Below, piece after piece: positions 62,330 through 64,000 of a DNA stretch of 64,000 nucleotides. A program made the translations under genes and the position numbers. Below the pieces are notes generated by a model, which saw nothing but the letters and a program-made list of their open reading frames with translations, was not told the origin of the DNA and ran no database searches. This DNA is from Octopus sinensis (taxonomy: Eukaryota), in contig NC_042997.1 in NCBI RefSeq assembly GCF_006345805.1, positions 42,284,001 through 42,348,000 of the forward strand. The letters are read 5' to 3'. Numbering within the stretch: the first letter of the stretch is position 1; every line of letters begins with the position of its first letter.

Positions 62330-64000
62330 AAAGGGATTTGGTTTACAGTTTAAAACAAATACAAGTCGGGAAGAATGGGAAATCCTTAATAATCGCAAGG
62401 AGGATGACAACATAATTATAAAAGAAGCTGATAAAGGGACTGCTGTAGTAATCATGGACTCAGAAAAATACATAAACACTACCCAAATCCTACTTCAAAA
62501 CAATACTTACTACGAAAAAAATCAACAACTACAATCAATCCAAGATAACGACCAAACTTTCTACTCTTATCCAACAAAGTTTAATGGGAAAGGAGAGAGA
62601 TTACTTGACAAGATTTAACTGCAAAAATAGCAACTTTTATGGACTTCCCAAAATCCACTAAAGTGAAGCCATAAACGAATCGTGTAACAAATCAACTTCT
62701 GTAGTCATAAATATTCCACACTCAAGAGATCTCAAAATGAGGCCAATTGTGACCGGTCCCTCATGTGAGACACACAGACACAGTAACTTTATTGACGTCC
62801 TCCTCCTTAAACCTACTCTCGAACATATACCGAGCTTTATACGGGATGATCTGCACTTTTAAAACCATCACTCGAACAAAACCAGCAAGGACTCCTTTCT
62901 GGCTTCATTCGATGTAATAAACCTCTACACCTCGATTCCTCATGAATACGAATAAGAGCCATACAATACTGGCTGGGAAAATTCCCAAATGGCATTCCTG
63001 ACCTAATCGGAAAAGAATTCATCGCTGAAGGAATAAAATTCAGAACAACTTCTTCAACTTCAACAAGAACACTTTTGCGAACTTTGTCATGGCATTCTTG
63101 GAAGTTCAAATATACGAACACGCTACACTGAAATTTGGAGACAACTTCCAAAAATACTTACTTACCAACTGGAAACGCTACCTGGATGACTGTTTCATTC
63201 TGTGGCCACATAACCTTGAACAACTCTCAAAATTTAAAAACTTAACAGCATTAACCACAGTATCCAGTTCACAATGGAATACAGCCACAAACAAGTACCC
63301 TTCCTGGACATCTTAATCATAAAATGGGATATTGAAATTGAAACCGACATCTTCTTCAAACCAACGGACTCAAAACAATATCTTCTTTTCTTCTCTGGCC
63401 ATCCAAAATATACTAAAATAAATATACCGTTCAACTTAGCAAGAATTTGCACGATTGCAGCAAATCCCGAAACCAAAAGCAGCTCCAAGAACTTAAAAAC
63501 ATTATGAGATAGAAATACTCGGCCAGTTTAATCAATAACGGAATAGAACGTGCAAAAATGTTAGACATCCTAGAGTTACGGAAAAGAAGAAAACACCATG
63601 ACACACTTAAAACTTTATCTTACGTATCAACACACAATCCGAGGAACATGGAAGCATACAACATGATCCACCAAAACATACCCTCCCCCCTTATGAAGGA
63701 CCTGCGAATGAAAAATGCACTGGAAACACATAGGATTATTAAAAGCAAAAGACAACTGCAATCCCTAAAAAAGTTACTCACCAGCGCTAAATTACCCACC
63801 AAATGTACGACCTTACCATTCAAAGAGTGCAATCGCCTTATCTGCGGGACTTGCATCTTCCTCTTGGCGGGCTCAACGTAGAAATTTAAGTCAGGTCAAA
63901 CTTTTACCATAAAAAATCACTTCACCTGTGCTTCGAAGAACTTAGTCTATGTTCGTTCTCAAATGTGGAGGGTGTGGTGGAGACTACATAGGTCAAAATA
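62330..64000 (+). mobile_element. Penelope-like retroelement (RT, linker, start of GIY-YIG), decayed, running off window end
   Basis: IIIKEADKGTAVVIMD; FYGLPKIH; RPIV; SFDVINLY...IPH; WKRYLDDCFILW; VPFLDI; FFKPTDSKQYL; Cys-rich linker CNRLICGTC; NLVYV...CGGCGGDYIGQ. Multiple frameshifts. Confidence 0.92.

Overview
AT-rich, microsatellite-saturated eukaryotic DNA. The SINE families and repeat style suggest a coleoid cephalopod (Octopus-like); this is inference and was not checked. No host protein-coding gene can be supported, and almost all long ORFs in the track are microsatellite translations or transposon remnants. Contents: two mariner elements, one maT/DD37D element and a pogo/Tigger fragment; hAT-, piggyBac- and mariner-type MITEs; a decayed Gypsy pol split by a mariner; a stack of three R4/Dong non-LTR elements in (TAA)n, flanked by a ~490-bp direct repeat; RTE and other REL-LINE 3' fragments; two Penelope-like (RT/GIY-YIG) remnants; four modular tRNA-derived SINE families; and a 100-N scaffold gap. 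The most notable signal is non-coding: several sequence-distinct hammerhead ribozyme (HHR) motifs next to (TA)n or (TAA)n tracts. Three are canonical minimal type-I folds: 2558-2600 (with a tandem copy 406 nt away, each inside a ~114-bp fold-back), 51494-51586 (-) and 58910-58994 (+). Further degenerate motifs lie at 13300, 28597, 29218/30990 and 50066. Together with three unrelated fold-backs of near-identical arm length (113-119 bp), this suggests a retrozyme/Penelope-derived, microsatellite-targeted family of self-cleaving RNAs. All folds were read by eye; none was computed or assayed.
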